Of a stretch of 64,000 nt of DNA, positions 20,648-31,059 are shown one piece after another. The stretch is from a virus. The stretch spans positions 2,370 through 66,369 of IMG/VR virus record IMGVR_UViG_3300024517_000019; one strand, 5' to 3'. Within the stretch, counting starts at the first letter, position 1. Every line of letters starts with the position of its first letter. The translations under genes were made by a program, and so were the position numbers. Under the pieces are notes generated by a model. That model saw nothing but the letters and a program-made list of their open reading frames with translations. It did no database searches and had not been told where the DNA came from.

Positions 20648-21691
20648 CTACTCTTGGTCGTAGTCGTAGCCTGACGAACGCAGTTGAGCATTCCACCTGG
20701 CGGCAGCTGAATCAGCCCCTTTGGCCGGCTTGGCTGTACCGGTAGGTCTCTGCCTTCGCTTCGGCTGCTTCTTCAGGCCCTGAGTAGCACCTTGTTGAGC
20801 GGCTTGTTGCATTTGTTGAGGGAACACCATGTAAGCTGCTGTCTTGGCTAACTCTGCCCGTGGCGGTGGATTCGAACCCATGCGGAGATACTGATTTCTC
20901 AGCTCCTCTGCACGGCCTACGACCATCGACATGTTGTTGTAGGCAGGTGTGCCTGGATGTGCAGCTGAAGGATTCTCGCCAAACAGATGGGTGTAGTTGC
21001 CTCCGAGGCTACCGAGAGACTCGGCATACTCCTTGGCACCCTGCTGGTTGGTTTGATTCTGAACTTGCGATTGCAGGTCAGTCGTGTACTGCGACAGTTG
21101 CTGGAGGTAAGAGAAGTTCTGGTCCAGCTGCTGCTCGTAGTTCTTCTGCATTGCAAGCTGTTGAGCATACACATGATCGTTGATGGCCTGGAACTGAGCG
21201 ATCACAGAAGGATCGGTCACATCAGGGTCAAAGTTCATCTGCAGTTTCTCAACTGCGAAGGGGTCAACCTTCGGGTCAACAAACTGCTGTTGACCTGCCT
21301 GCTGATTATTCGAAGCAGGCTGCTGTTGGCCCCAGTTCTGCTGCTGATATCCTGCAGCTTGTTGAGGTAGCATTGCAGCCGACTGCTGGGCAATCGCCTG
21401 CTCCAAGACCTCTGGGGAACCCATGGCTCGTGCGGCTTCAGCTGTGTAGCCGTAAGCCTGAGCCCGTGACAGAACGTCAGGGGTGAATGAATCACCGCCT
21501 GGGTCTGTCTCATCACCACTCGGTGGATCTAATGTATCGTCGTCACGTTCAGCGGGCTCGACCTCGTCATTGCGAGTGAGCCCCTGGCCAACGTGGTATT
21601 CAGACTCCTTCGGCTGCGGTTGGCCACTATCAAGGCCTGCAGCATCGAGGGCGTCTTGCTGTTCCTGTAGTCCCATTTCACCTGTAGACAT
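20648..21691 (-). CDS. Capsid scaffolding protein
   Basis: Acidic N-terminus, Q-rich coiled region and basic C-terminus. Lies between portal and capsid genes; AGGAGA RBS before ATG 21691. Confidence 0.65.
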   Translation of the reverse strand: MSTGEMGLQEQQDALDAAGLDSGQPQPKESEYHVGQGLTRNDEVEPAERDDDTLDPPSGDETDPGGDSFTPDVLSRAQAYGYTAEAARAMGSPEVLEQAIAQQSAAMLPQQAAGYQQQNWGQQQPASNNQQAGQQQFVDPKVDPFAVEKLQMNFDPDVTDPSVIAQFQAINDHVYAQQLAMQKNYEQQLDQNFSYLQQLSQYTTDLQSQVQNQTNQQGAKEYAESLGSLGGNYTHLFGENPSAAHPGTPAYNNMSMVVGRAEELRNQYLRMGSNPPPRAELAKTAAYMVFPQQMQQAAQQGATQGLKKQPKRRQRPTGTAKPAKGADSAAARWNAQLRSSGYDYDQE

Positions 21692-21896
21692 TGACTTTCT
21701 CCTGGCAGCCTTCTCAATAAAAAAGGAGGACCTAGCGTTTAAGCTCGGCCCTCCTTGATGAGGCCAGGCAGTCAAGGTCCTGCTCGTCCTGAGCTAGGCA
21801 ACCTCGCCTTCGCCGAGAACCGGACGCCTATCACGTTCGGTCCTCCACAGTGAAAGACTATGCGATCACCACATGTCTCGTCTAGTCTTTTGGTTC

Positions 21897-22235
21897 TTAG
21901 GGATCGCTGTATCCACCATTTCTGTCGAGCAGGCCAACCGCTCTGACGTAGTCACGCCTGTGGCCTTTGGAGCGGAACACAGCGTCACCTTCGTGGTCGA
22001 AGTCTGTTGGGATACCCATGTCAATCGAGGTCTGAATGGCCTGCTCTCGCTGGTCAGGGTTGACTCCAGACCGGTCTGATGTCATCGGGTAAGTGGATTG
22101 CAGCCTGATGCCGCTCACACCCACCAGCTTGTACCCTTTGTCAACGCACCAGGCCTTCTGCTTCTTGCTGAGCTTACTGGGATCTGTAGTCTCAACCTCT
22201 TTGCCATCGATGTATACGAATGTTCGCTTAGGCAC
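21897..22235 (-). CDS. Small conserved phage protein between portal and scaffold
   Basis: 112 aa with AGGAG RBS; contains GDAVFRSKGHRRDYVRAVG. Confidence 0.6.
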   Translation of the reverse strand: MPKRTFVYIDGKEVETTDPSKLSKKQKAWCVDKGYKLVGVSGIRLQSTYPMTSDRSGVNPDQREQAIQTSIDMGIPTDFDHEGDAVFRSKGHRRDYVRAVGLLDRNGGYSDP

Positions 22236-22248
22236 GTCTCACTCCTGG

Positions 22249-24018
22249 CTATGCGGGGGTCATTTGTGATTGGTCAGGGCCGCTCTGGCTCCTGGCCGCT
22301 TGCTGCAGGGGGTTCGTCTGGTCACCCTGCTGTTGCTGTTGAGGGTTGCCGTTGACGCTCTCTCTGACGTAATGCTTGTCACCCTGTGAGCTGCCTGCCG
22401 AGTCTCCACCTCTGGATGGATCGTAGCCACCCTGGCTGGGACGAACGATGTCTGTCAGCTCTGGGATGTCGGCGTACGAGGATGCGATCTGGAACAGTCT
22501 CTCCAGGTCGATCTCCATTCCCTGCATGGCCAGCTGTTCGCCGAAGGGCATCACCAATTGGCTCATCAAAGTCATCAGCCGACTGAGTCGCTCTTCTGGA
22601 CTCTTAGGTATCAGTCCATGTGGTTCGATCTTGAACTTGTACTGCAGGAAGTCACCCAGCTTGGAGTCTGGGGTCCAGGCTGTCTCAACGTCGATGTCTG
22701 TCCCATGTATCCGTTTCTTGATCGGGATGTACGAGACTGGATCGTGCCAGTTGTACCAAGCCAAGTCCCTGAAGATGTCGCCAAGGAACTCTGCTGTCTG
22801 AGCTTGCATGTCCTTGAGACGTTCGCTGGCCTGTTCGGTCAGCATCTTGTCGTGGCCGAAACCACTGGTCTGATTGGCCAGTCCACCGAGCAGGTCAATG
22901 TTCCCTGAGAAGTAGGCGAACAGGTCCTTGACGCTACTTGCGAATGCCAGGTTGCCTTCATGGACTCCGCCCAGGACCACTTCCTGAACACCACGTCCAC
23001 CCTGCAGCCTGATCACTTCACCGTCTTGTGCATCTACGACTCTGTCACCGTCGTCATTGCTCCCGTCTGCAACGCCGATTGTCTTCTGGCGATCTGCCTG
23101 GTCTGCCAGCTTGCTGAACAACAGGTTGGCTAACTCGTGCAGGTCGAACCAGGCCATGGCTGGTGCCAGGGGCATCACAGTCCCAGGCATCTTGTTGAAG
23201 TAGAGGAACTTGTAGGGTCCTGGTTCAGGGCCATCCCAGTCCTCAACCGACAGCGGAGGGGCTGACGAGTTGTCTGCCAGGAACGTGCAGATGACACGCT
23301 CGTACGGTAGGAACACATCGATCAGCTTGCACTTGTCTTTCACTGGCTCGGACGGTGAGCCTGTGATTGAGTTCATGGCTGTCCTGCGAGTGTCCCTTCT
23401 GTCAGCTGTGTAGAGCTGTGAGGGGCGGGCCAATTCCCTGGCCCTCTTGCGGAACATCTTGTTCTCTTGGACGTATTCCAGGGGTACTTCGTAGTAGTCC
23501 CCAATGTAATCCAGCTGTTCGAATTCCTTGGCGTTCGTGTCAAGGACAAGCTCGTCGAGGTGGACGGCGTCAACGTAGGGCTGGTTGGCATCGTGCAGGA
23601 TGCCGTTCATCTCTACCTCGTGGCTGTCCGTTACTCCCATCTTGACGACGCCAAAGGGGCTCATGATGGAATCCATCACCACAGCCCTGAGAGTCTTCCC
23701 CAGGTTGATCTCGCTGGCGATGGTGTTCACAGCCTCTTGCATGTTGGCTGCTACGGGGATCAGGTCTATCTGCTCTGCGACTGACAGACAGCGTGGTGTC
23801 ACGGGTGCCAGCTTGCGGACGTAGATGCTGACAGCCAGTTCCAGCAGGTTGACTGGGACCTTCTTCCTGGCCCCCTCGTCACCGTAGTGGCTGCCCTTGA
23901 TCTGGTTGTAGAACTTCTTCCGGGTGTCACGGAAAGACGACATCTTCCCGTTGTCCTGGTCGATAGTGCCGAAAAGCTTTTGGCGATCCAGCGGTGAGTT
24001 GGGATCGAAGGATCGCAC
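22249..24018 (-). CDS. Portal protein
   Basis: 589 aa directly after the terminase, with a P22-like layout and Q-rich tail. Confidence 0.8.
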   Translation of the reverse strand: MRSFDPNSPLDRQKLFGTIDQDNGKMSSFRDTRKKFYNQIKGSHYGDEGARKKVPVNLLELAVSIYVRKLAPVTPRCLSVAEQIDLIPVAANMQEAVNTIASEINLGKTLRAVVMDSIMSPFGVVKMGVTDSHEVEMNGILHDANQPYVDAVHLDELVLDTNAKEFEQLDYIGDYYEVPLEYVQENKMFRKRARELARPSQLYTADRRDTRRTAMNSITGSPSEPVKDKCKLIDVFLPYERVICTFLADNSSAPPLSVEDWDGPEPGPYKFLYFNKMPGTVMPLAPAMAWFDLHELANLLFSKLADQADRQKTIGVADGSNDDGDRVVDAQDGEVIRLQGGRGVQEVVLGGVHEGNLAFASSVKDLFAYFSGNIDLLGGLANQTSGFGHDKMLTEQASERLKDMQAQTAEFLGDIFRDLAWYNWHDPVSYIPIKKRIHGTDIDVETAWTPDSKLGDFLQYKFKIEPHGLIPKSPEERLSRLMTLMSQLVMPFGEQLAMQGMEIDLERLFQIASSYADIPELTDIVRPSQGGYDPSRGGDSAGSSQGDKHYVRESVNGNPQQQQQGDQTNPLQQAARSQSGPDQSQMTPA

Positions 24019-24101
24019 GGCATAACCCCTGGAGTGTTAAGAAAAACCGGGGGCATGGGTGAGTGAGGCCCATACCCCCAGAGTCGCAAGGGAGCGTGAC
24101 T

Positions 24102-24254
24102 CTAGTAACCCTTTTTACCACTCTTCGAGGACTTACCCTCTTTGGTGGTAGGACCACCTTGTTTCTTGCAGACCGAAGCTGCAGCTGCTTTGGCTGCCTT
24201 CATGCTGTTTCCGCCGAAGTCAGACTTCTTCAGATTTTTGCCGCTCATACTCAT
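24102..24254 (-). CDS. Small Lys/Gly/Ser-rich basic protein (50 aa)
   Basis: Hand-translated MSMSGKNLKKSDFGGNSMKAAKAAAASVCKKQGGPTTKEGKSSKSGKKGY, with AAGGAGA RBS. Too short for the ORF track. Confidence 0.6.
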   Translation of the reverse strand: MSMSGKNLKKSDFGGNSMKAAKAAAASVCKKQGGPTTKEGKSSKSGKKGY

Positions 24255-24294
24255 GACCTGTTCTCCTTTGAATTGAAACGTTTCATCTAAGATC

Positions 24295-26187
24295 CTAGCG
24301 GTAACCCCAGGAAGATTCTAGTTTCTCGCCGTCTCTGACCTTACGCTTCATCCAGGCAATGCTGCCGTACGGGGGCTCACTGCTCAGGTCTAAGGTGGCT
24401 GGCTTACTGCTGCCGCCAGAGTTGAACTGCTTCACAACTTTACATGCCAGGGCGTCTCCGATCACACGGTCACCGTGGTTCTCACCAGCACCTGACGGGT
24501 CTGGGTTGCTCTGCTTGCTGCTGCGTGAGTGCATCGGGACTCCGTTGTTGCCGAACACGTAGTCACCCATCTCGTCAATTGAATCGATCGAGGGATTGGT
24601 GCAGCGACCCTCTTTCAAGAACTCTTGGTAATCCGAGAGAAGCACCCGCTTTGAGGCTGGAGTTGTCCAGAAGCCTGGTGTCTGAATCTTGCCGACTGCC
24701 GACACTCGGTATTCGTCGTACTCTCTGTAGTAGACGTTCTTATAGTTCCGGGTGGCGATGATCGCTCCGAACTCAGCACCTGGTCCGTTCTCTTCCCAGA
24801 TGATCTTGGCTGGCATACTTGGTCCTGTGAAGAACTTACCCAGGGCCATGACGTACAGGGCGAACTCAGCTGGGAACATGGACGGTGTGCAGAACTCAGC
24901 ACACTTCTCACCTGTCCGCTGGTTGTAGACTTGAGCCACACTGTTGGTACTCATCTCACCATCTTTACCGGTGGCGATGTCACAGCCGATTACGTACGGT
25001 GCCAGGAACGGGGTCTGACTGTCGTCCATCAGGCTCCAGATCTTCAGCCGTCCACCTGCGTGCGAGAGGAACCTAATGCCTTCGTCTTCCAGGGCGTGGG
25101 AGTAGACCATCTCTCCCAGCATCAGCGGAGGCTTGCAGCGATTGCGAAGCTCTGTGAGAAGTCCTGCACTGAAGAACTGCTTGCCTGCACCTTGGTAATC
25201 AATGTCAACTTCCTGAGCCAGGTGCCAGGCACTACGGCGACGATCTTCCCTGTCGTACCAGGGTGACCTGTTCTTCCCGTCACAGATGAACTTGTAGTCC
25301 TTCGGGAAGCTGTAGTCTGAATCGTGCAGGGTGACTTGCTTGGTGACCTTGTCGCCTATGTACATGCCCTCGCTCTTGCCAGGGTGTAGCGTCCAGCGTA
25401 GCGTCACGACTTTGAGGTCACTCTTCTCATCGAACCGCATTTTGTAGAAATGGTTTCCTGTCCCCTGTGGTGTTGAGACGATGATTCGGCAATTCGTCGC
25501 ATCAGCCGTCGAAGTGTCAACTGCACCTCCGTCTGGCACTGCAGCGAATTCATCCAGCATGATGGCGGTATGCCTGGAACCACGACCGAGGTTCGGTGTG
25601 GTTGCTTCCCCTGCGATGATTGATCCATTATTCAGGTTCTCCAGGTGGTTCTTCTTCCGGCCTGCGTACTTCTTCCCCTTGTGGATTACCTCCTGTCCCT
25701 TGCACAGCATATAGTCGGGCTGATACCTGTGGATTGCATCTATCTTCCAGAACAGACTCTTCGGGTCACCGATCTTGTCTACGTAGTCTTGAACACGACT
25801 GGCCAACAGGAAACTCAGGTTGGCGTGGAACTTCCAGGCCCACTCGATCGCCATCAGTACGATCCACGAGGCACCCATGTCTCGTGACTTCTCGATCAGG
25901 ATATCGTCCTTACCGAAGCTGTTGATCGTGTCGATGATGCAACCGTCTTGAAACCCGTACGTCCACATGGGGAGTACTGGGTTGATCAGGCGGGGATCGT
26001 AGGTGCAGCAGAAGCAGTTGATGTACCAGAGCGGGTCAACTTTGCACCGCTCCCTGTACTCGTCAGCCTTGGGAATACTGGAGGCAGCTGCTTCCAAGAC
26101 CTGGCCACGATACCTCAGGAACCGGTCGTATCGGACCTTGGGGACTTTCTTGTAGTACGGGAGTTTGGCTATGTCGAATGAAAACAC
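24295..26187 (-). CDS. terL: Terminase large subunit
   Basis: IEKSRDMGASW (Walker A), IMLDEFA (Walker B), VSTPQG, YVIGCDIA (RNase H-like nuclease) and HGDRVIGDAL. Confidence 0.92.
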   Translation of the reverse strand: MFSFDIAKLPYYKKVPKVRYDRFLRYRGQVLEAAASSIPKADEYRERCKVDPLWYINCFCCTYDPRLINPVLPMWTYGFQDGCIIDTINSFGKDDILIEKSRDMGASWIVLMAIEWAWKFHANLSFLLASRVQDYVDKIGDPKSLFWKIDAIHRYQPDYMLCKGQEVIHKGKKYAGRKKNHLENLNNGSIIAGEATTPNLGRGSRHTAIMLDEFAAVPDGGAVDTSTADATNCRIIVSTPQGTGNHFYKMRFDEKSDLKVVTLRWTLHPGKSEGMYIGDKVTKQVTLHDSDYSFPKDYKFICDGKNRSPWYDREDRRRSAWHLAQEVDIDYQGAGKQFFSAGLLTELRNRCKPPLMLGEMVYSHALEDEGIRFLSHAGGRLKIWSLMDDSQTPFLAPYVIGCDIATGKDGEMSTNSVAQVYNQRTGEKCAEFCTPSMFPAEFALYVMALGKFFTGPSMPAKIIWEENGPGAEFGAIIATRNYKNVYYREYDEYRVSAVGKIQTPGFWTTPASKRVLLSDYQEFLKEGRCTNPSIDSIDEMGDYVFGNNGVPMHSRSSKQSNPDPSGAGENHGDRVIGDALACKVVKQFNSGGSSKPATLDLSSEPPYGSIAWMKRKVRDGEKLESSWGYR

Positions 26188-27077
26188 TACAGGTCCTCTT
26201 CGCTAAAGTCTTCCTCTTCGGCTGCCTTCTCTTCTGCACCCAGCAACTTACCGGTGGCGTCTACTTGGATCGTCTTGCTACCGTTGACTGGCTTCTTCCT
26301 GTGTCGGCGTCCTGCCGGTGCGTCACCTTCCGTCCATTGTTCCTGCAAGGCCTTCATCTGTGATAAGCCTGGTCCGACTGGATAGTTGGGGATCTGCTTG
26401 GGACCACTCTTCGCCTTCCTCTCTTCAACCAGGGTCGCCTTGTCGCTGAACAGTATTGCTGTCCTGGTTGTCCTGGCAGCGTCACTGAAGTACTTGAACA
26501 TCATATTGAAGAACTTGGACTCGTCCTTGGCAGCCCATATCAGCCAGCTCCAGTGTGCCCCGGTTGGTGCCTCATTGTCTTGCCCTGATCCAGGCGGGTG
26601 GACGGTGAACAGTTCCTTGTGGGTGTCGTACTCAGACGCCTTGTCCCACTTGAATACCGCTGGAACTCGCCAGAGATTCTGGCTGACCCATTCCATGCAG
26701 GCGTACTTAACCGGGTCGTCACGGGCTTCCTCTATCATTGCCTGATAGTCATGTAGGCCTTCGATCTCGATCGGGGCAGCGTCTCGGATCATGGACTCGC
26801 CAGTCAGTCCCTTGCTGAGCTTCTGTCCTAGTGCCAGCATTCTGAACCTGGCGATAGTTCCGTCGGCAGACCTGATCTTCTCCACCTCTTCACAGATCCT
26901 TGGCCAGAACTCTGTGCGATAGAGACGGTTGAGAAGTGGCCTGAGCCAGATGATCCTCGTGGGTGGTTGCCACTGGATATCGTCAGGCTGCATGATCGGG
27001 TTGAGCCGCTTCCGTTCTGTCAGGTTGGCGACCTTCGGCGACTTAACCGCCTTCTTCCTGGGCGTCTTCTTGGCCAT
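26187..27077 (-). CDS. Hypothetical protein, possible terminase small subunit
   Basis: 296 aa coupled to terL. The function is inferred from position only. Confidence 0.45.
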   Translation of the reverse strand: MAKKTPRKKAVKSPKVANLTERKRLNPIMQPDDIQWQPPTRIIWLRPLLNRLYRTEFWPRICEEVEKIRSADGTIARFRMLALGQKLSKGLTGESMIRDAAPIEIEGLHDYQAMIEEARDDPVKYACMEWVSQNLWRVPAVFKWDKASEYDTHKELFTVHPPGSGQDNEAPTGAHWSWLIWAAKDESKFFNMMFKYFSDAARTTRTAILFSDKATLVEERKAKSGPKQIPNYPVGPGLSQMKALQEQWTEGDAPAGRRHRKKPVNGSKTIQVDATGKLLGAEEKAAEEEDFSEEDL

Positions 27078-27510
27078 GATCTTCCCCGTAGTTGATTATC
27101 CCCATTTTTCCAAGGAACACCTGTGCGGCAAGTAGGGCGTTGTTAGCCAGGTCTCCGTAGACCTCCGGTGCGAGTTCCTGTGTTGGGTCGTCTATGAGTA
27201 GGTGACCGACGAGGCCTTGGTAGATATGACTGCTCAGGCTGAGCACCATGTTGGCCTGCTGTTCGGCTGCTTGACGTGCTGCCAAGTAATCTATGTCCTG
27301 TTCAACCGCAGCTGACTTGGGCTGCTCAGGCTCTTGGAAGTCGTCCAAGATGACTGACGTACGCCTGGTGCCAGGCTGCTCAGGAGCTTCAGGCTGGGCG
27401 GCTTCCGTCATCACCTCAGCTACCGATTCAACTACCTCGTCTGGTACTGGACCGTCGGGGGTGTTCCTTCTCATTGTCCGTGTACGCCTTTGGCGTGTTC
27501 TCTTCGACAT
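27043..27510 (-). CDS. Hypothetical protein
   Basis: 155-aa ORF overlapping the next gene. Confidence 0.6.
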   Translation of the reverse strand: MSKRTRQRRTRTMRRNTPDGPVPDEVVESVAEVMTEAAQPEAPEQPGTRRTSVILDDFQEPEQPKSAAVEQDIDYLAARQAAEQQANMVLSLSSHIYQGLVGHLLIDDPTQELAPEVYGDLANNALLAAQVFLGKMGIINYGEDHGQEDAQEEGG

Positions 27511-27597
27511 TGCCTTCTCGCTTCTGTCAGAGATCTAATGAAAATGGCGACGGTGCCAGGGAGAGTGACACCGCCGCCGATCGCAAAGCACCCTCGA

Positions 27598-28290
27598 CTA
27601 CGAAGAGTTACCTTGAATGATATTGAAGTTGATTACCAGCAGGGCGTCCAGGGCCACGGTGGCGTGCAGGTTGGTGACTGTGATGTCAAACGAACCAGCA
27701 GCCACTGCCGAACATACAGCGACTGGAGTCCCTGTGCTGGCAGTGCTTGCCAGGGTGACGATCGGGGTGTCTAGTGCCGTGACCTTGGTGTTGGTGACCG
27801 TGAAGGTCTCCTCTGTGTTTGCGGCGAGAGTGCCAGCAACTGTGGTGATCTGACCACTTAGAGTAGACAGCGTTACACCAGTTGTGGGCGAGGTGATCTG
27901 AGTCACCGTCCCACCGTCTGACACCCGGATCGGGACTTCAAAGTCCACTCGGCTGTTGCCTACGTCGAACAGGACGTATTCCGTGGCGGAACCAAGGAAG
28001 ATCTTGGTGTCCATGTCGTAGGTGCCGTCACCAATGTGGAAAGCACCTTGGTCGTCTACTCGTGGCAGCCATTCCAGCGTAGCGGTACTGGAGAGGTCGA
28101 ATCGTTCCCCGTTGCCGAGGGTGGCTTTCAGTAGCCGTCGCATTGCACGATCGTTCATAACTAACTCCTTGTCCCGTGTAACATGTCGGGAATCATGGTC
28201 CCACCAGCCGGGCACCGCCGATCGATGCTTTACAGTGGGAGCCGGGTTTACTTCGATCGCATTGTACGTATCATGACCGGGTCTAGCCAA
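27598..28290 (-). CDS. Thr-rich putative virion/tail-associated protein
   Basis: GTVTQITSPTTGVTLSTLSGQITT..FTVTNTKV motif, seen in phage structural proteins. Confidence 0.6.
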   Translation of the reverse strand: MARPGHDTYNAIEVNPAPTVKHRSAVPGWWDHDSRHVTRDKELVMNDRAMRRLLKATLGNGERFDLSSTATLEWLPRVDDQGAFHIGDGTYDMDTKIFLGSATEYVLFDVGNSRVDFEVPIRVSDGGTVTQITSPTTGVTLSTLSGQITTVAGTLAANTEETFTVTNTKVTALDTPIVTLASTASTGTPVAVCSAVAAGSFDITVTNLHATVALDALLVINFNIIQGNSS

Positions 28291-28397
28291 CCATTAGCTC
28301 CCCCACTATCCACGCAGCACCCTGCCGCTCTTCATTGGGAATCCTGTTCCCGTGATGGTTGGCCCCAAGTGGCAGGGTGCCTTTTCGAGGACTTGTC

Positions 28398-28766
28398 ATG
28401 CTCAAAGCAAAGGACGTGTACGCTCTCCCCTACGCTGTTCCTAGTGAGCGAATTGACTACGTGTTCAACCTGCACGACTTAGATGGTCCCATTGCTGGGA
28501 AGTGGATTCGAGCTGACGTTCAACAGTGGCCGCAGGGTGTCAGTCGGGTAGCGATTGATGTCAGAGTGAAGGACGTAATGCTCTTTCGTCAGATCACTGA
28601 GGCTGAGATCCAGGCGATCTTTGATGAGGCTACGAGACTCGCTGCTACTCAAGCACCCTGGGAGCTGTCGCCATCCTGGTCCACTGCCACGAGCTGGATC
28701 TCATCCTCCACCATTGGATACAGCAACTGGAACTCGGCACCAGTCCGAGTTACCACCAGTGGCTAA
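28398..28766 (+). CDS. Hypothetical protein
   Basis: GAGGA RBS, ATG 28398. Confidence 0.5.
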   Translation: MLKAKDVYALPYAVPSERIDYVFNLHDLDGPIAGKWIRADVQQWPQGVSRVAIDVRVKDVMLFRQITEAEIQAIFDEATRLAATQAPWELSPSWSTATSWISSSTIGYSNWNSAPVRVTTSG

Positions 28767-29256
28767 GCACCTCACCAAGTCCGCAAGGAATCTCATGACA
28801 AAGCAAAAGCTGGGGGCACTACTCTCCTACGACCGGGATCTTGACAAGGATCAACTTGCCGACAGTCCCTTCGCCGAGCGGTCTGAGATCTTCGGGGCGT
28901 ACAAGCTGTCCGGTGAAGAAGGGCTTTGGCGTAAAGCTTTGGACAAAGAAGAAGATGTTACCGTCGCAATCGACCTTACCTGGCGTCAGCCTCGACGCTT
29001 CGTCAAGCTGACGGATGAAGAGTGTCGCCTTGCCTTCGAAGCTCACGTGGATGGCGACCCTCCGCCCTTTGGACCGTATAAAGGAATTGGGCGTAGTGAG
29101 TTCGCAGAGATTAAGATGCAGGCGGCCATGTCACAGATCATTGGTGGAGGGGTTCCCGATGGCGAAGTACAAGATAGACCCGGAAGTGAGGGCGTCAATA
29201 CTCGCTGGGTATCAGGAGCTGTACGACGAGCTGGAGACAGTGAAGGGACTACCTAA
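28759..29256 (+). CDS. Hypothetical protein
   Basis: ORF coupled to the upstream gene; start estimated. Confidence 0.5.
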   Translation: MAKHLTKSARNLMTKQKLGALLSYDRDLDKDQLADSPFAERSEIFGAYKLSGEEGLWRKALDKEEDVTVAIDLTWRQPRRFVKLTDEECRLAFEAHVDGDPPPFGPYKGIGRSEFAEIKMQAAMSQIIGGGVPDGEVQDRPGSEGVNTRWVSGAVRRAGDSEGTT

Positions 29257-29482
29257 CGTCCAGATGCTCGTATTCGGAATGGAGCAGCGGGCCACCATTC
29301 ATGGCTACACTTCACTGCTTCGTCATGACCGTGGCATGGACACTTCTATCACCGAACTTGAGAAGCTTGACCCACCGAGCTTCTTTGGGATCAAGGGCGA
29401 ATACTGTGGCGAGCGGGATGCTCTCTACGTTGTCTTCAAGCCGAAGGACGGGGCGTCTCACATTAGGTTCCTCTCCCATTGA
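29159..29482 (+). CDS. Hypothetical protein
   Basis: GGAGG RBS, ATG 29159. Confidence 0.5.
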   Translation: MAKYKIDPEVRASILAGYQELYDELETVKGLPNVQMLVFGMEQRATIHGYTSLLRHDRGMDTSITELEKLDPPSFFGIKGEYCGERDALYVVFKPKDGASHIRFLSH

Positions 29483-30078
29483 GCTTCTGCGAACAGGGCT
29501 CTCTTCTTTAGTCGTTCGCAGCGATCCTTCTCGTCGTCAAGCTGCTGATAGACGCTTTGCTCTTCCCCGTTGGTGTTGAAATTATGATCACGGGTGGGGC
29601 TGTCCTTTCTCTTCACTAAGTCAGCCACGTTCTGCTCCAGCACGACGATTCGATCGTCACGTTCTTGTATCATTCTGGCCTGGCTGGCGAGCTTGTCTGA
29701 AGAGTACCTCTTCTCATCCGCTTGACCTTTCCCGTAGGCATTAGCGACCTGTCGCCTGTGATCTTCCTTCAGTGCTTCTTCGCGTCGCTCGGTGTAGTCA
29801 GGGGTGTTCGCTTTCTTCCTTGGGTTGCCCTGCTTCACTGACGCTACTAGTACATAGTTCATGACGTAGAAGGGGGCTGCGACGGGTGCGAAGATAAACT
29901 GAATGATGTGACCAGCCTCTCCACCATCCAACACTACCCCCTCTTTGACACGCTTCCTAACGATCGGGATCGCCATCCACCAGGTAGTCACTGCGTAGGT
30001 CAGTAGCCACATCCACCAGGGCATCTGTGTCAGATGATCCTTCAGGGCACTCAGTGTTCCTGTCAGTGCTTCACTCAT
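29458..30078 (-). CDS. Membrane protein with C-terminal coiled coil
   Basis: Hydrophobic N-terminal segments and a charged coiled-coil tail. Confidence 0.55.
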   Translation of the reverse strand: MSEALTGTLSALKDHLTQMPWWMWLLTYAVTTWWMAIPIVRKRVKEGVVLDGGEAGHIIQFIFAPVAAPFYVMNYVLVASVKQGNPRKKANTPDYTERREEALKEDHRRQVANAYGKGQADEKRYSSDKLASQARMIQERDDRIVVLEQNVADLVKRKDSPTRDHNFNTNGEEQSVYQQLDDEKDRCERLKKRALFAEAQWERNLM

Positions 30079-30548
30079 TTGACTTCTCCCTTTGCGAACT
30101 GCTTGATCAGGATCTTGATCGCCAGACGTAACTTCACTCTGTCCTCTTCAGCCAACTCTTCTTCGACCGGTATCCGCAAGAAGTCTTGTTGACCTGTCGC
30201 CTTGGCAAGAGCGTCTGTCAGATCGGACTTCTTGATCTTCTTCAGGTGACTCTTGATCAGATTGCTGAACTTGTAGCTGATCGGGTAGTCAGGCTTAGTG
30301 ATCGACCAGCGGTCACCTACTACCTTCTCAATCACGATCGACCCGTCCTTGGTTTGGATCTTGTCCTTGGAGATCTCCCAGTGGGTCCCCTCTTCAACCG
30401 AGTCGAAGATTGCCTGTAGCTCCTTGCCTGGCCATCTGGTGAACTCATCAGTTTTGTGAACAGCAAAGATCACCCCTGAGGCAATCATGAGGATCGTCCC
30501 AAATAACGTCACCGGTCCAGGTCCGTCATCCCAAAACAGCTTCTTCAT
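30075..30548 (-). CDS. Hypothetical membrane-anchored protein
   Basis: N-terminal hydrophobic helix; ATGA coupling. Confidence 0.55.
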   Translation of the reverse strand: MKKLFWDDGPGPVTLFGTILMIASGVIFAVHKTDEFTRWPGKELQAIFDSVEEGTHWEISKDKIQTKDGSIVIEKVVGDRWSITKPDYPISYKFSNLIKSHLKKIKKSDLTDALAKATGQQDFLRIPVEEELAEEDRVKLRLAIKILIKQFAKGEVK

Positions 30549-30820
30549 TTCACTTCTCCCTTTTCAAAAGGCCATGCCTTCACAAATGCAGTTTCTTTCC
30601 AGCCTTGGTCGCACACCTCGTCGTCAGCCTCCCACTCTGATACAGACGCCTGCTCGATCTTCCACCCGTCCCTCTCAAAGTCGTACGAGATCCTCAGGTC
30701 ATCCGCAGCCCGAACGTCCATCAGTCCCACTTGAATGAACTTTGCACTGTCGTCGCTACGTGGATACCAGAGGTCAACGTGCAGCGAGTCACCGTGCCTC
30801 TGTAGTTTTTCGGGGATCAC
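30545..30820 (-). CDS. Hypothetical phage protein
   Basis: 91-aa coupled ORF. Confidence 0.55.
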   Translation of the reverse strand: MIPEKLQRHGDSLHVDLWYPRSDDSAKFIQVGLMDVRAADDLRISYDFERDGWKIEQASVSEWEADDEVCDQGWKETAFVKAWPFEKGEVK

Positions 30821-31059
30821 TCATCCTCTCCCTTTTTCTTGAAACTAGGTCGCCCTGCACTCCTTCGCTCACTCAACACTTCTCTTAAAGCAATTGGCAA
30901 ATGCCTCTTCCCTGCTTCGCCTAACCATTGAGACAGGCCCTTCCCCTCACTGTGGGCCGCTTCCTCAAACGCCAACCACCAATCAGGTGGCTGCGTCAGC
31001 TTTCTTTGTTCTGCTCTCATGACTAAATGGGACCATAATAAAGTGCCATTGTCAATCAA
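30817..31059 (-). CDS. Ribbon-helix-helix-like DNA-binding protein
   Basis: LTQPPDWWLAFEEAAHSEGKGLSQWL fits a strand-helix-G-helix pattern. The true start may be ATG 31020. Confidence 0.5.
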   Translation of the reverse strand: MIDNGTLLWSHLVMRAEQRKLTQPPDWWLAFEEAAHSEGKGLSQWLGEAGKRHLPIALREVLSERRSAGRPSFKKKGEDE

